Shown: positions 12,430-25,319, counted from the first letter of the whole stretch. The stretch: 63,910 bases of DNA, filler included, from Collodictyon triciliatum (GCA_043381765.1; 18 parts of 18 records of this genome joined end to end with filler, not necessarily neighbours in it), one strand, 5' to 3'. The notes: generated from the sequence alone by a model not told the origin. Numbers and translations: made by a program.

Positions 12430-13544
12430 GGAGATAAGTAGGAGCGCCGTGGGCGCAAGCGTGCCTGTCCGTGAGGGCTAATGCGACGGCAAAGAGCGCC
12501 CACCAGATGCCGACGAGGCCGATGCAAAGGTCGGGCAGGAAAGGGAGGCGTAAGGCCAGGAGTGCCGCCAGAGACATGGTGACGAGCGAGTAGCCGAGAA
12601 GATACCAGACAGCAACCAGACAGTGACGGCCCAGACCGCGATGCCTTGCAGCCCGTCAGCAATGTGGAAGAGGGCGCCGACTGGGATGAGGGCGGCCGCA
12701 CGTCGCTGGTGAAGGCCGCAGACACATAGGCACGCGCAAGATGGATTGGGGTCGCAACGAAGGACAGCAGCACAAGCCCGACAAGGACAGCCACGCAGAT
12801 GGCCAGCGCCATGTAGAGCAGGATGCAGACGGTCAGGAGGATGACGTGGGCATCCAGCGCAACAATGTCACCCGCCGCCTCGGCCAGAACCGCGGCTCCT
12901 TGGAAGCTTGAGACCTCCAGCGCAGCCATGGCTTCGGCTGCTGCCTCGCCACATACGTCTGTCTGTCACACCCACCAGGCAAAGCCCACTCTGAGCATCG
13001 TGCGCGTCAGAGACGTCGCCATGGCTGTGCCTGTGAGCCCGAGTTCCGCAGTGCAGATGAACGCATAGTTTGCTAGGATGTTGAAGAAGTTGGCAGCAAG
13101 GCCCAGGGCCAGACACGGAGCCATACAGCTTTGCGCCTGCTGGTGCTCCTGCAGGACCGTGGTCACAACGAGAAACGACACCCCGGGATTCAGCCAGAGG
13201 CAGTAGTCGCCCGTCAACCGCGCAATGGCTGCATCATGTCCCCAGCATGTCGAGATAGGTGCTCACACCGACGCAAAAGAACCACGACAGTTTGAACCAT
13301 GTGTTGCCCAGCGCTGCTGCTGCCAGCTCATTCTTGCCTTGGTGCCCACCATCATCTGGTCCGTAGTATGCAGTAGGAACAGCAGCAGATTTGTCAATAC
13401 TGTGGGGATTCCGAGATGGAGCAGTTGCTTCAGCTCGGCCATGAGTCTTCTACCCAGGTCCCATTCTGTGTCGCGGCGCTCTGTGATTTTGTCCGCTTGC
13501 TAGTCGTCGCTGCCGTCATTGTCTTGGTACTCGCTGCTCAGCAT
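12430..13544 (-). pseudogene. Intronless GC-rich MATE (SLC47/DTX-like) efflux transporter pseudogene
   Basis: MATE motifs across shifting frames: ELKQLLHLGIP...DQMMVG; ELAAALGNTW; LGHDAAIARLTGDY; QAQSCMAP...NILANYAFI..ELGLTGTAMATSL; LDAHVILL; FTSDV; GLVGIWWAL. Contains in-frame stops, frameshifts and internal deletions. Confidence 0.85.
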
Positions 13545-13636
13545 TCTGCGTGGATGGGTATCTTGCTTCTCTCATTTTTTTTGGAGGTGAGACTTTGTAA
13601 TATGCGCGATGTGGCGTATGACTTATCCGGGGTTCA

Positions 13637-14384
13637 TTTTTTTTTGTCTTTTTTTTCTTCCTTTCATTTTTGTACAAGATGGTGAAGATGTTGGCTCGGT
13701 TCGCTAGCCATTTTTTGCATGAACGCTACTTGTTGGCAGTGTGGCAGAGAAGTAGTCGGTAATCAGGAATTGCATCCTGTGGTTTGGCCTGTAGCCTGGG
13801 TCTTGTGCTTGCATGAGAGAGGTAAGACGTGGTTTAATATCTTTCTCGGCTCCTTTCCACATGTCTCTTTTCACAGGGTCTGAGTAATAGCGAATGTGCA
13901 GGTGGCGAAGGAAGATGTTGAGGAAAGGATTTGTATGATGTCATTCAGCTTATTAGCATGAATGGGTGGCTGGTTGTTGAGTCTTGCTTTGCATGAGTAT
14001 ATGCGTGCTATCCACATAGTCCATAGCAAATGGCCTCGCGTCACTACCCAGGGTGTTTTTGCATCTGGACGCAGCTGTTGCAGAGGCCCAAACATCGCCT
14101 GGATTGGACAAACAGCAGCCGATTTGAGTGTTAGCTGAAGAATCTCACCGGCTGTTTTGCGCAGGTTTTGAGCGAAGGGACATTGTAAAAAATGTGTGCT
14201 CAATGGATTCACCACTGTTGCTGCGAAGTGTGCATTGTTGGGAGACTTTGCCAGCTTTTGCCGCGCTTGTACCTATCCATAGCTCCCTATTGGTGGTATT
14301 ATGCATTAGAGAGCGGTGATTTGGAGGGACTTGCGGGTTTCGTGCTTGTCTACAGCTCGCGGTGAGAGGCTCATCTATGTACAT
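13637..14384 (-). mobile_element. 5'-truncated, frameshifted non-LTR retrotransposon (L1/Tx1-like), family A: zf-RVT region, ORF2 C-terminus, short 3' UTR and A-rich tail
   Basis: PPNHRSLM...C..ESIEH(T)FLQCPFA...WVVTRGHLLWTMWIAR; stop at 13706-13704; A-rich tail. The 3' end matches 43902-44179. Confidence 0.85.
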
Positions 14385-14764
14385 ATATCTCTAAACATAT
14401 AAAGCGACAAAACAACGCAATACGGCCGCACTTTAAACCTTTGAATGACAATACTATATCTAAGTCATAGAAGGATGTTAATGGAACCCACCTTGTATTC
14501 ATCGCGATATGAATCAACAGGTTGAATAGATAGGCTATGAAAAAAAAAANNNNNNNNNNNNNNNNNNNNNNNNNNNNNNNNNNNNNNNNNNNNTTAATTA
14601 ATTAANNNNNNNNNNNNNNNNNNNNNNNNNNNNNNNNNNNNNNNNNNNNAGAAAAAGAAAGAAAAAGAAAGAAAAAGAAAGAAAAAGAAAGAAAAAGAAA
14701 GAAAAAGAAAGAAAAAGAAAGAAAAAGAAAGAAAAAGAAAGAAAAAGATGGGCGGATATGTTAC

Positions 14765-17700
14765 ATTCAATATTGTCAGGAAATCGAATATTAATCTGCT
14801 TGTAAGTTTCCAAAGCTTGGGGATATAGGCCGATACGACGATAACAACTGGCAACCTATGAAAGGGACTATTTCTATTCGCTTTTCTATAATGATAACTC
14901 CGACATTCTTAAAGACATAGATGTATTTTGTTACCATCAACTGCCACTTAATCTCATTCGTCTGGATTTGAGATGCTCGCTCAAAATACGGGATTGCTTT
15001 CTCATATAGTTCATTCTTTACAAAGTATGCTCCAAGCCACGAAATCACTTCCATATTCACAGGGTACAGACGATAAGACTATGATTTGATTCGATGAGAG
15101 GCCAATTGATTCGACATCATATGTCACGCCAAAGAGAGGGAGAAAAAGAAATTGTGCGCAGGTGATAAACTCACATCCATATGGTAATTATAGGCATTGC
15201 TTTCATCATCATCCTTGATATAGATGTTGCCTAGCCTGAATGGAACAATAAATATATTTTAAAATATACACCATAATTCTTCCGAGGTTCATTTGTGAAG
15301 AAAAGAAAAGAAAAGAAAAGAAAAGAAAAGAAAAGAAAAGAAAAGAAAAGAAAAGAAAAGAAAAGAAAAGAAAAGAAAAGAAAAGAAAAGAAAAAGCAGC
15401 AAAATTTCTACAGTACCTTGCTAGAATTCCAGGGTCCGTGGATATGATACTATGAGCTCGGGTAAATGCATCAATAGCCGCTGGGATGTTCAACATGATC
15501 TCGTGCCTGGTAAAAGAATGATACTCGGTTTGATACTTTGAGGGAAAGTATTTGAAAAAAAGAATAGAATAAAGATTGGACTCCACACAAATATGAGCAG
15601 ACCGGTTAATGGTTAAAATGAAAATGAAAATGAAAAAAAAATGAAAACAATTTTAAAAAAAACAAAGCAAACAAGTCTCCGATATGATACCAAACATCTG
15701 CATTGTTTGGGAGAGCTATCTTCAGCTTTTCAAATTTGTTCAAGGACTGCTCAAACTTTCCAAGCTTTTTTAATGTAAGGCCTAAATGATATTGTTTATG
15801 AGTGGAATGATACAAAGAATGAATCGGAATACCCCAAAAACATCTATGACTAACCCAAGTTAAACAGCGCTTCGTTGCATTCTCCGTCAATAGAATGAGC
15901 TTCCATGTAAAAATCGTGCGCCTTTTCATAGTCTGCTTTCTGAAAATATATATTCCCTTTATTGACGAGGGCTTTTGAATTGTAGGAGTCTGCCTAAAAA
16001 GCATAAGCATCGATTATTAGTGTATAAAATTCATAATAATAATACTAAATAAAAATATGATATCAACATGGTAATTTGTTCGAGGAAAATGAGAAAAACA
16101 AACATACTTGGATTGAGGCTTCTGCGTACTTGTCTGCATTCTTATAATCACCTTCGAGGAAGTAGAGGAACGAGAGGTTAGTGGCTGCTATGCAGGCTAA
16201 ACTCTGGTCGCGCTTTTCAAATTGCTTCAGCTGCTCGATAGCCTGGGTTGAGGTATGATTTAAATGCTTCTTATACTCAGGAAATATGAAAGATGATTGT
16301 CTTTTTTTTTAAAAGAAAAAGAAAAAGAAAAATCATGGTAAATGTCAATTATATCCAAACTACATAGTGAAAAGATATGTGCCAATTTCTTTGGTCTTTG
16401 TCTACCTTTTCGTACTGCTTCATCCTCAAAAAGGTGGTGGCCTTTGATATCTCAAGCTGAAAAAAAAATATATATAATTGTAAGGGCGTATAGATCGTCA
16501 TAAGAATCATTTCTCGGTAGAAAGATATTCAGATCAAGAACCTCATTAATGACTTTCTGGAACGGCGTGGACCGCAGACAATCAATTATGTAATCATAGC
16601 CAGTCACGAAATCTTTCTCAATTATGGGTCCAATAAGTTTGGAGGCATATAAAACATACTTTGTAGCTATTCGATATCTATAAGGGTGACACGGATCGCC
16701 AAATGTGAGATGATGACAGTCTTTTATAATGTTCCATTACACCACCAAAGCTAATTTTAATATACAATACAATGATAGTTCCGATAGTCTAATCAAGAAA
16801 CCAAATATGCATATATAGGGTGATTTGAAAATAATACCTATCGCGACTGTCTCTCTTCATTGGGTCATCGTGCAGAACATCATCAAACGCGCCAATAATT
16901 CCATCCTCTTCTTCCTCTTCATAGACTATACCAGGGACTCGAGTGCTTACAAGCTTGGCAAATCCTTTCTTCATCCTTTCCTTATCACCAAGAGCATAAT
17001 AGCATACAATAAGATTGAAACCTGGCAAGTAAAAGACATGTTTAGAAACTTTAAGGTCTGTTATATGCGACGCAATTCAATCTTTTTGATGCTTACCAGT
17101 CCGCACATCAGAATTTGCTTCCATGATGCTTTCGTATGATTGCACAGCGTCTTGATACTGGCCCAGTTTTACGAAGGCGTTCCCAATGTTCCGAATAATT
17201 TTGTATCTGAAAAAAAGGAACGAGAAAAAAATGCGAAAGGAAAAGAGAGTATTATATCAATTACAAAGGGGATGATTTGCCTATGACAGTATCTTGATTT
17301 TACAAATAGTTTTCTGAAAAAAAAAAGACTTTTTCGATCTCGATTCAGTTAACCTGAGTTCTTTTCCAGTATTTGGGACTTGATCTAATGCCATGCGATA
17401 CATCTTGATGGCAGCAGGGTACTTTTTCTCTGCATAATATATATTGCCCATGTTGACACGAAGTCTACCAGACTATGATATTTTAAGCTTTACTAAAAAG
17501 CTGCTCTGAATATTAAAGCATTTTTGACACACATTACTTTTAAACACACTATGGATTAGCGTGGTCACTGAAATCCTACCAAGGCATACTGTTTATTTCG
17601 GACCAGAATAGAATACGCTGCCAATGCATCCTGATTCATCTCATTTGCTTGATACTGAATTGCTAGATTTAGCTGAACAGAATAGGTCAGATCAGGATTT

Positions 17701-18049
17701 ATCTGCTCCCTAATGAAATAAATATTCGGTTCATTGAGACAAAAACCAAAAACTCAGAAACGAAGAAGACAGTATTTCCCTTGTCAAATAATTTCTCACA
17801 AACATAAGGTAATGGACCCGTGATATTGGATAAAATCATACACAAGGCCATTTGCTTCCCGATATTTACACAATGTCCGCTCTACTCTACTGGCCTCCTT
17901 TGCTTTGTCAAGTGCAAGTTTGATGTTCCCATCGGCTCGAGCAACACTGCTCTCCTCTAAAAGTAAATTCACTTTCTTCTCCATGTCCTTGGCCTGGTCC
18001 TCAGGAGAACTGCGGTCAGGTTTCAGCAGCGCCTGTGCAGCACCCCTTC
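14765..18049 (-). CDS. IFT88: Intraflagellar transport protein 88 (internal part, about 15 exons)
   Basis: GRLRVNMGNIY..KMYRMALDQVP, GFNLIVCYYALGDKERMKKGF, AATNLSFLYFLEGD, ALVNKGN, VISWLGAYFVKNELYEKAIPYFERASQIQ..KWQLMVASCYRR. All checked introns are GT-AG and in frame. Confidence 0.98.
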
Positions 18050-18074
18050 CTGCAAAAAAGTATGATCATGTCAA

Positions 18075-18211
18075 AAATACAATAGCATACAATAGCATAC
18101 AATAACATACAATAACATACAATAACATACAATAACATACAATAACATACAATAACATACAATAACATACAATAACATACAATAACATACAATAACATAC
18201 AATAACATACA
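18075..18211. repeat. (AATAACATAC)n 10-mer intronic repeat
   Basis: Seen directly; causes the contig break. Confidence 0.93.
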
Positions 18212-18560
18212 NNNNNNNNNNNNNNNNNNNNNNNNNNNNNNNNNNNNNNNNNNNNTTAATTAATTAANNNNNNNNNNNNNNNNNNNNNNNNNNNNNNNNN
18301 NNNNNNNNNNNTTTTTATGGTTTTTATGGTTTTTTTTTTTGCTGTATTGATTTTTGTTGTTATGTATGCTTTTTGTTGTGAATCTATCATGCACAAAATT
18401 GAAAGAAAGATTAAAAATACATGCTTTAAAAAAAAAAGACATTCATCTGGTATTCTGCATGTTGAGTTATGTCCCTTTACATTCCCTTTGTGGGTGCAAT
18501 TATATTGTGTGCTGAGTTAAAAGAAACTGTTTTCATACTTTTCAAAATCTATACACGCAG

Positions 18561-21001
18561 ATGGAACTCCCAGTTGGCTTTTGTAATTGCGGCTATCGGT
18601 TCTGCTATCGGACTTGGAAATGTATGGAGATTCCCATATCTTGTTTACAAGAATGGCGGTGGAGCGTTTCTGATTCCGTTTATCATTTGTTTGATTCTCG
18701 TTGGAGACCCTCTATTGTTTTTGGAGCTCGCTCTTGGTATGGTAGATTCCAATTTATCAACTGCTGTAAAATTATCAAGATGTCTCCTTTTCCTTTTATT
18801 ATTTTTTAGCCAATGTTTTCTATGAAGCAATATCACCTCATAGGACAACAGCTGCAGAAAGGCCCTGTTCACTCATTTGAAAAAGTAAATGGCCGTCTAT
18901 GGGGGCTTGGGTTTGCAAGTGCACTTGCCTCGTACTTTATTGTCATCTACTACAACGTCATCATTTCGTGGGTCTGGCTGTACTTTTTCGCATCTTTCCA
19001 GGTACTTTATCAGAAAAACAACCAGCTATACCAGCAAATATGTGGATATGCGCGTGTATATATTGAGACAAAGACATCAACAAATCGAGAAATAGCCCAT
19101 GTATTTGAATATTATGTGGGAACCATAGTTTATACTATCAAACTGGTAAAGCTTATATTGAATGTGATTTTTCCGCACAGAACCCTTTGCCGTGGGACGT
19201 TGAGGGTGTTACAGCAGAAAGCTACTTTTACGAGACTCAAATCAACAGCTCGGAGACAATCGACGATGTCGGAGGAGTCCAGTACAAGCCTTGTCTTGCA
19301 TTACTTTTTACATGGCTTGTGATATACTTTTGCGTATGGAAGGATGTAAATTATCTGGGCAAAGTAAATATATCCAATCAGATGCTATTCTTTATTTACC
19401 TTTCTTGACCGTTTTTTTTTCGTAATTTAGTACTTTAACGAAATGGTTACTGATAAAAAATTCCTTTTTTTTCTTTTTTATTATCAAAGGTGGCTGTTCG
19501 AACGATGCCAATTCCTGTTATTGTTATGATAATTCTTTTCATTCGCGGATTAACATTGGAAGGCTCATCTCTTGGGTTGGAATACTTTTGGTCTCCAAAT
19601 CCCTCTCGACTTTATGAGCCTGAAGTTTGGATAGGTTTCTCCCTTTTCTAAAAAATTTTTTTTATCATTCATGGAACAAGAAGACATAAAAGTAAAGGCC
19701 ACTCAATCTGGCAGCAATCACTTTGCTTGTTTCTATTATCATCTTTTACGTGATTTAAAATAGTTGAATATTTAATTCTAATGGTGACATCCTGATATTT
19801 ATAGCGGCCTTGTCGCAGATTTTCTTCTCTCTCTCGGTTGCAGGCGGCATAATGGTTTCTTATGGGAGTTACACTGAGCCAACAGATAATATTGTCCGTA
19901 AAACGTATACCATTTCCATTTGCGATGTTTTGTTCTCTATTTTTGCGGGTATGACTGTCTTCACCATATTAGGCCACATGGCACACAGAAAGGTACTTTC
20001 TTTATCACCTTGACACACTGAATGTCTAGTCGCTGCCGATTATGAAACATAATTCAAATTTATTTATATGTTGATTCATTTAAAAATGTCGTGCCTGATA
20101 CATTCTTTTTTCATATTGGATTGCCTCAAAAAGGGTGTTCCTATCGATGAAGTTGTGGAAGCTGGACCTGCTCTCGTTTTCATCGCATTTCCAGACGCAC
20201 TACGTCTTCTACCAGCGCCACAGTTGTTTTCCATCATGTTTTTTGGAATGGTACTATTTTATATCACTTTTCTTTTTCTTTTCTTTTCTCTTTCTTATGC
20301 ATGAAACACCCTTACTTCCATTTATTTCCCTTGGATTTTTCTTGAGTTAGCGGTCCATTTACTCCAATCTTATATTCCTCTACTTTCCCAACTTCAAACC
20401 AGCTTCTACTATTGGCCATTCCTACTGCATTTTCGCTCGTTATTGCGCTACTGACTGCCATCTACGACATCCGACCACACTGGCGCGCCTTCAATCATCT
20501 TGTCTCTGGCGTGGTTTGCCTTGTTGGGTTTCTGTTAGGGTTACTTATGACCACTCGCGCAGGAATACATTTTCTGGACATCTTTGATCATTATCTATCC
20601 GACTATGTCCTCATATTAGTTGGACTTTTGGAAATCATCGCAGTCGCATGGTATTACCCCATCGAAAAACTCGTTGGACAAGTGTTGGAAAACACAAAGC
20701 AAAAGCCACCGCGTCTGTGGAGTTTTTTACTCAAGTATGTTAGTCCTGTTGGAATCGCTGCTTTGTTCCTATATAATCTCATATTTGAGTTCCGATTCGG
20801 CTATGGCGACTACCCTGGATGGGCGTCGTTTCTTGGTTGGCTCTCAGTCATATGCTCTTTTGCGTCACTTGGGATGAGTCTTGCTGGTCAAAGCCACGGA
20901 AGGGATGATAACACACCTATGAGGAGAACATCCGTCTCTGATAATGTCAGTTTTTTGTCTTTCTTTTTCGCCAAGATTTTTTCATTATCTGAAACAATTT
21001 G

Positions 21002-21036
<35 letters not shown>

Positions 21037-21102
21037 GATTTATGGTGATTAAAAAAAGCTAATTATTCATAGGTCATTGACGGAGTACCGGGCGAGTTAT
21101 AA
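18561..21102 (+). CDS. Sodium:neurotransmitter symporter (SLC6/SNF family) transporter (5' partial)
   Basis: [57 protein letters not shown]; multiple GT-AG introns; last exon [12 protein letters not shown]. Confidence 0.95.
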
Positions 21103-21684
21103 AATAAAAAAAAAGATCTGCTGAAAAAAAGGAAGACCTATCTGTTATTGTGGAGGGGTTGCCTTTATGAAAGGAATAAATATCAGAATGGAACATGTTT
21201 ACAGCTTACGAATCAATCATGCTAACCAATGTTCGCTAATGGATAACAAACATTTGCCTCACATGACCCACTCCTCACTTAATCAGAGAATTTAATGATG
21301 GTGACGATGATGATAATAATAACAATTAATATTTTAATCAACATCGATAACTCAACCGAGCTTCAAAGTGACATATTGAAATGTGTACACTTTTCCTCTC
21401 TGCAGTCCCTCTCCTGCGCCCAATCTCTACATCCCGCATCATCATTGAATCCAGCGTGTATTTACCTTTCAAAAGCGAGTGCCGCGTCCCTTCCACTGAA
21501 ATTTGGAATCGGGAATCATCAGCGAAAGTTCTGGCTGTCACCCACAAAACTAATCGGTTTCAGTTCTCTGGCTGCGCGCAAGCAATTGGGGATTGGGTAG
21601 TCGTGGTGGAACATTGTCTTTTACAGGACGCCACCACTCTCATCAGCATCCCATTTAATTATTTCTTATTTTCTGTAATATTTA

Positions 21685-21720
<36 letters not shown>

Positions 21721-21785
21721 TTTATTTTTATTTTTATTTTTATTTTTATTATTATTTTTATTATTATTTTTATTTTTATTATTAC

Positions 21786-21872
<87 letters not shown>

Positions 21873-21972
21873 NNNNNNNNNNNNNNNNNNNNNNNNNNNN
21901 NNNNNNNNNNNNNNNNTTAATTAATTAANNNNNNNNNNNNNNNNNNNNNNNNNNNNNNNNNNNNNNNNNNNN

Positions 21973-22443
21973 GTTTGGCCCACAATACCAAATGACCCAC
22001 GACTCTAGAATACTCTGGACAGTCACAAGGGGACATATGCTGTGGTCCCTATGGAGTGTGCGTGCATTCTCCCGCTCCAATGATTCACCCGAACGAGAAA
22101 TGAATGCATCCAGGCTTGAGAGCCTCGTGCAATACAGCTTCCTGAACAGCCTGCTGAAACACGCTCGCATTCTCCGCTACTCTGACCGCAAGCGAAGAGA
22201 AATGTGGGAATGTGTCGTGTGATATCTCCCACAGCATATCCAACCCCTGCTACCCACGCAACCAACCAACCAGTTGGGACGCCCACCTGACCAGCTTGCT
22301 ATCACTGATTTCTTTCCGGTGCTAGCCTCTCCACGGTAGTGTCTTCCCCTACTCGCGTTTGCTCTCTCCCATGCGCTCCCATCCCGCCCCTTTGTATGGC
22401 ATAACCTCGCTGCACTTTGAACCGAATAAAGGAAAAAAAAAAA
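21973..22443 (+). mobile_element. Non-LTR retrotransposon 3' end, family B (ORF2 end, about 200-bp 3' UTR, AATAAA, poly-A)
   Basis: WTVTRGHMLWSLW...SFLNSLLKH..LRYSD..RREMW is homologous to family A. Ends CTTTGAACCGAATAAAGG(A)n. Confidence 0.85.
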
Positions 22444-22713
22444 TTAAATGATTGGAATAAGAAAATAATTCGCTATGTCTTAACAGACACTTAACAAGAC
22501 TAGGTGCACCCAGGTGCGTGATATAATATGTCCGAGGAATAGATTAGAGAATGTGATGAGACGTTTATTTTGTGACTGAATGAGATGGAGCAATCTAAAG
22601 TGGATACGAATTCAAACTTTGCTTGGTAAAATCACACATTAATAATTAAACACAAATGTCCAGTGAGTGACAAAATTTGAGAGGGGTCCATTCGCTGTTT
22701 TGTCTTCGATTCT

Positions 22714-25319
22714 CTACCGTAACTTCAAGGAGTCTTTGAAAAAGACTCGCGCGAATCCTTGAACACAACCAACGGTGCGCCCGAGATAAGTCAACTCCTC
22801 ATTGAAGCGGAAGCCCGCCGGCTGACAAGCTTCTGCCAGGCATAATGTAGTTTGTCCTGATTATAAAAGAAAAAAAAGAAAAAAAAAGTATAATAAACTG
22901 AGAATTTATCATAATGCATCTATTGGTTATTAAATTAGACTTCTAGTATACATAAAATTACTAAAACAGTATCAATTTCACTTTTAAGGATTTTGGGTGA
23001 AAAATAGACGTGACAAACCAACAGGACATTCCCGATTCAAGCTTTCTTGATGAAATTTCACAGATATGACAATAATTTCATGCATCAACCAACCAGGATG
23101 AGTAAGAAACATTCGGTACAGCCGCTTTGTGGAGTCTGGTAGATATGGCGTGGGGATCTACCATTTTGCAAGAGAAAGATAAAGGATAGAAGAAATTAGG
23201 AGCCAATAAATATGCATAAATTTCAGACAACACCATATATATAAAAGTTTCTTCACATTTAGGGTAGATTCATCACCCCAGGCGCTATTTTTTTTTGACA
23301 ATAAAGGAAAAGAAGGAAAATGATTGATCTAAAGCATACGCGAGTAAGAGGTTCAGACCAGTCCGCACAGCGACTAGCACCTCGGTAGCTGGGGCAATAT
23401 CTGACATTTGAGCTAGTTGAATATGTTTATATAGTACCAACTCTGAAGAAAAACATGGAATTATATTCAGAAAAGAATTGAATCGAATAAAGGAAAAAAA
23501 ATATTCAGAAAAGAATTAAAAGAAATAAAAACATCATAAAGCTCATATCCTCAATCTCTTGTTCTGCATCTGAGGCTGGTTCGCTCATGTTTTCAATTGT
23601 TGTTTCTTTGTGCAAAAATAAAAGTTTTCAATCGAGAAAATATATTGATAACCAGAGGAAAGGGGGATGCATACATTAAATAGTGGTGAATTGGGAAGTG
23701 TTTCCTAATAATCATAAATCGAGATGAATAATAAATGAATTTTTTTATTACTAACCTCGGTATATACTTATTGTGATTTCAGAAAGTTCGAGAAGAACAG
23801 AGCACGGTAAACTCAAAGTTTGAAAAGGAAGCTAAGATAATCGAGATTAAGGTGTGAAAAGATGAAAACACCAAACGGTATATTAGATCATGACGCTTAT
23901 AAAGCTACTTTCACATCCATCTGGAAAATCGACCCAAGAGGACGATGGTCACTTTGGTAATTGGTGTACATATTATTAGAACAAAATGAGTTTTTTTTTT
24001 TAATGAGACAAAAAAAATAAAATAAAAAAGTATAATAAACCATTCGATAGAGTTATTTTTATTTGTTTAACGAATTATAAGGAAAATATTTAAACATATA
24101 TGCACACGAACTAATTTGGCTATCTTAAAAATTACCTCGTCATTATGTCCATACATGGCGCTATTTTCACCTGTTGAAGCATGTTTGAGACCCACTTTTG
24201 TGACCTCCACAATATTCGATCACAATAACTCGGAGCTTGGCCTTTCTAATGAGAATTGTCATGATTATTATTGCGACTATTTTATAAAAGAAAGTCTCTT
24301 AAGCGTATAAAAAGAAAAGTCATAACCTTCATCGTTTTGAGAAGTGGAAATAGTAGGAAATGACACTATTATTTCACTCTAAAAAGTCTTGAAAAAGGTA
24401 ATGAACTTACTTTATTGCTGATATCATTAGTACCTCGGGCATACCGATATGTTGGTGGAAAATTCAAATGCCCTTCCTTTATTTTAATGTGTAGCAGTTA
24501 ATTTTTCACTGCAAAAATCATGAAAATAGTGATGGAAATGAAATAAGAAATTAATAAATGCCTTAAACTCTTCAAATACAGAACCACGATTCATCTCCTC
24601 CCTAAGTTGATCCCCTTCTGCCAACTTTGACCAATTTTTGTGTCTATAAAGCAGTAAATATGGCGCAAAAGAACATATCAGTAAAAACTAATTCCATTTT
24701 TTTCCCGCTGAAAAAAGTGGTTTACTCACTTAATAAGCTGGACAGCCTCATCAAATGTATACGAAACTCTATAATTTAAATCTCCCACCCATATGGTATG
24801 ATGGGCTTGATTGAAAATATCTACATCACGATATCCATACTTCATTCCTATAATTATACGTATTACACGTCGGCTAATAAGTAAAAGCATTTAATATCCT
24901 ATTAAGATACCGATTTGTCTTATATATATTTTGTTTTAGTATTGCTTACCACGCACAATATCACGATAGTTTAATCCGCGTTCTAATATTCTTTCCTTTC
25001 GAGCCTTTTTATTTTTATTTTATAATTGTTCTTTTTAACATTAAAAATTCAAATGAACAATATCCTTATGATATAAACGACACTGATATACAATCAACTC
25101 AAAAATCATAAATTTCCTTACTGCGAGATGTGAATTGATGAAGCAAACAGGTGTTTCATAAAGGTAGAAATAGGTCCCTAAAAATCAAATAACGCTTCTA
25201 ATGAGAATTTTTTTCCAAATAAAAAAGGTTTAAATATTCGCTGATCAAACTAGCAGAATATTACCAACACCTCCTTTGTTTCCTAGCACACCACCAACAC
25301 CTGTTGCTTGAGTAGTCGT
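22714..25319 (-). CDS. Inositol polyphosphate 5-phosphatase with C-terminal SHIP-like C2 domain (5' partial)
   Basis: GVGGVLGNKGG, CFINSHLA, WVGDLNYR, FPPTYRY, PSYCDRILW, SDHRP; then THPGWLMHEIIVISVK...GQTTLCL...ELTYLGRTVGCVQG-TAG. Confidence 0.92.
23463..23517 (+). mobile_element. 21-bp family-B tail insertion with 17-bp TSD (intronic)
   Basis: ATATTCAGAAAAGAATT [GAATCGAATAAAGGAAAAAAA] ATATTCAGAAAAGAATT. Confidence 0.8.

Noticed and set aside
21381..21660. GC-richer coding-like tract after the SLC6 gene (similar tracts at 33130-33400, 36170-36310, 44200-44400 and 61616-61830)
   Set aside because: No recognisable motif or consistent frame; cannot be assigned without a search.
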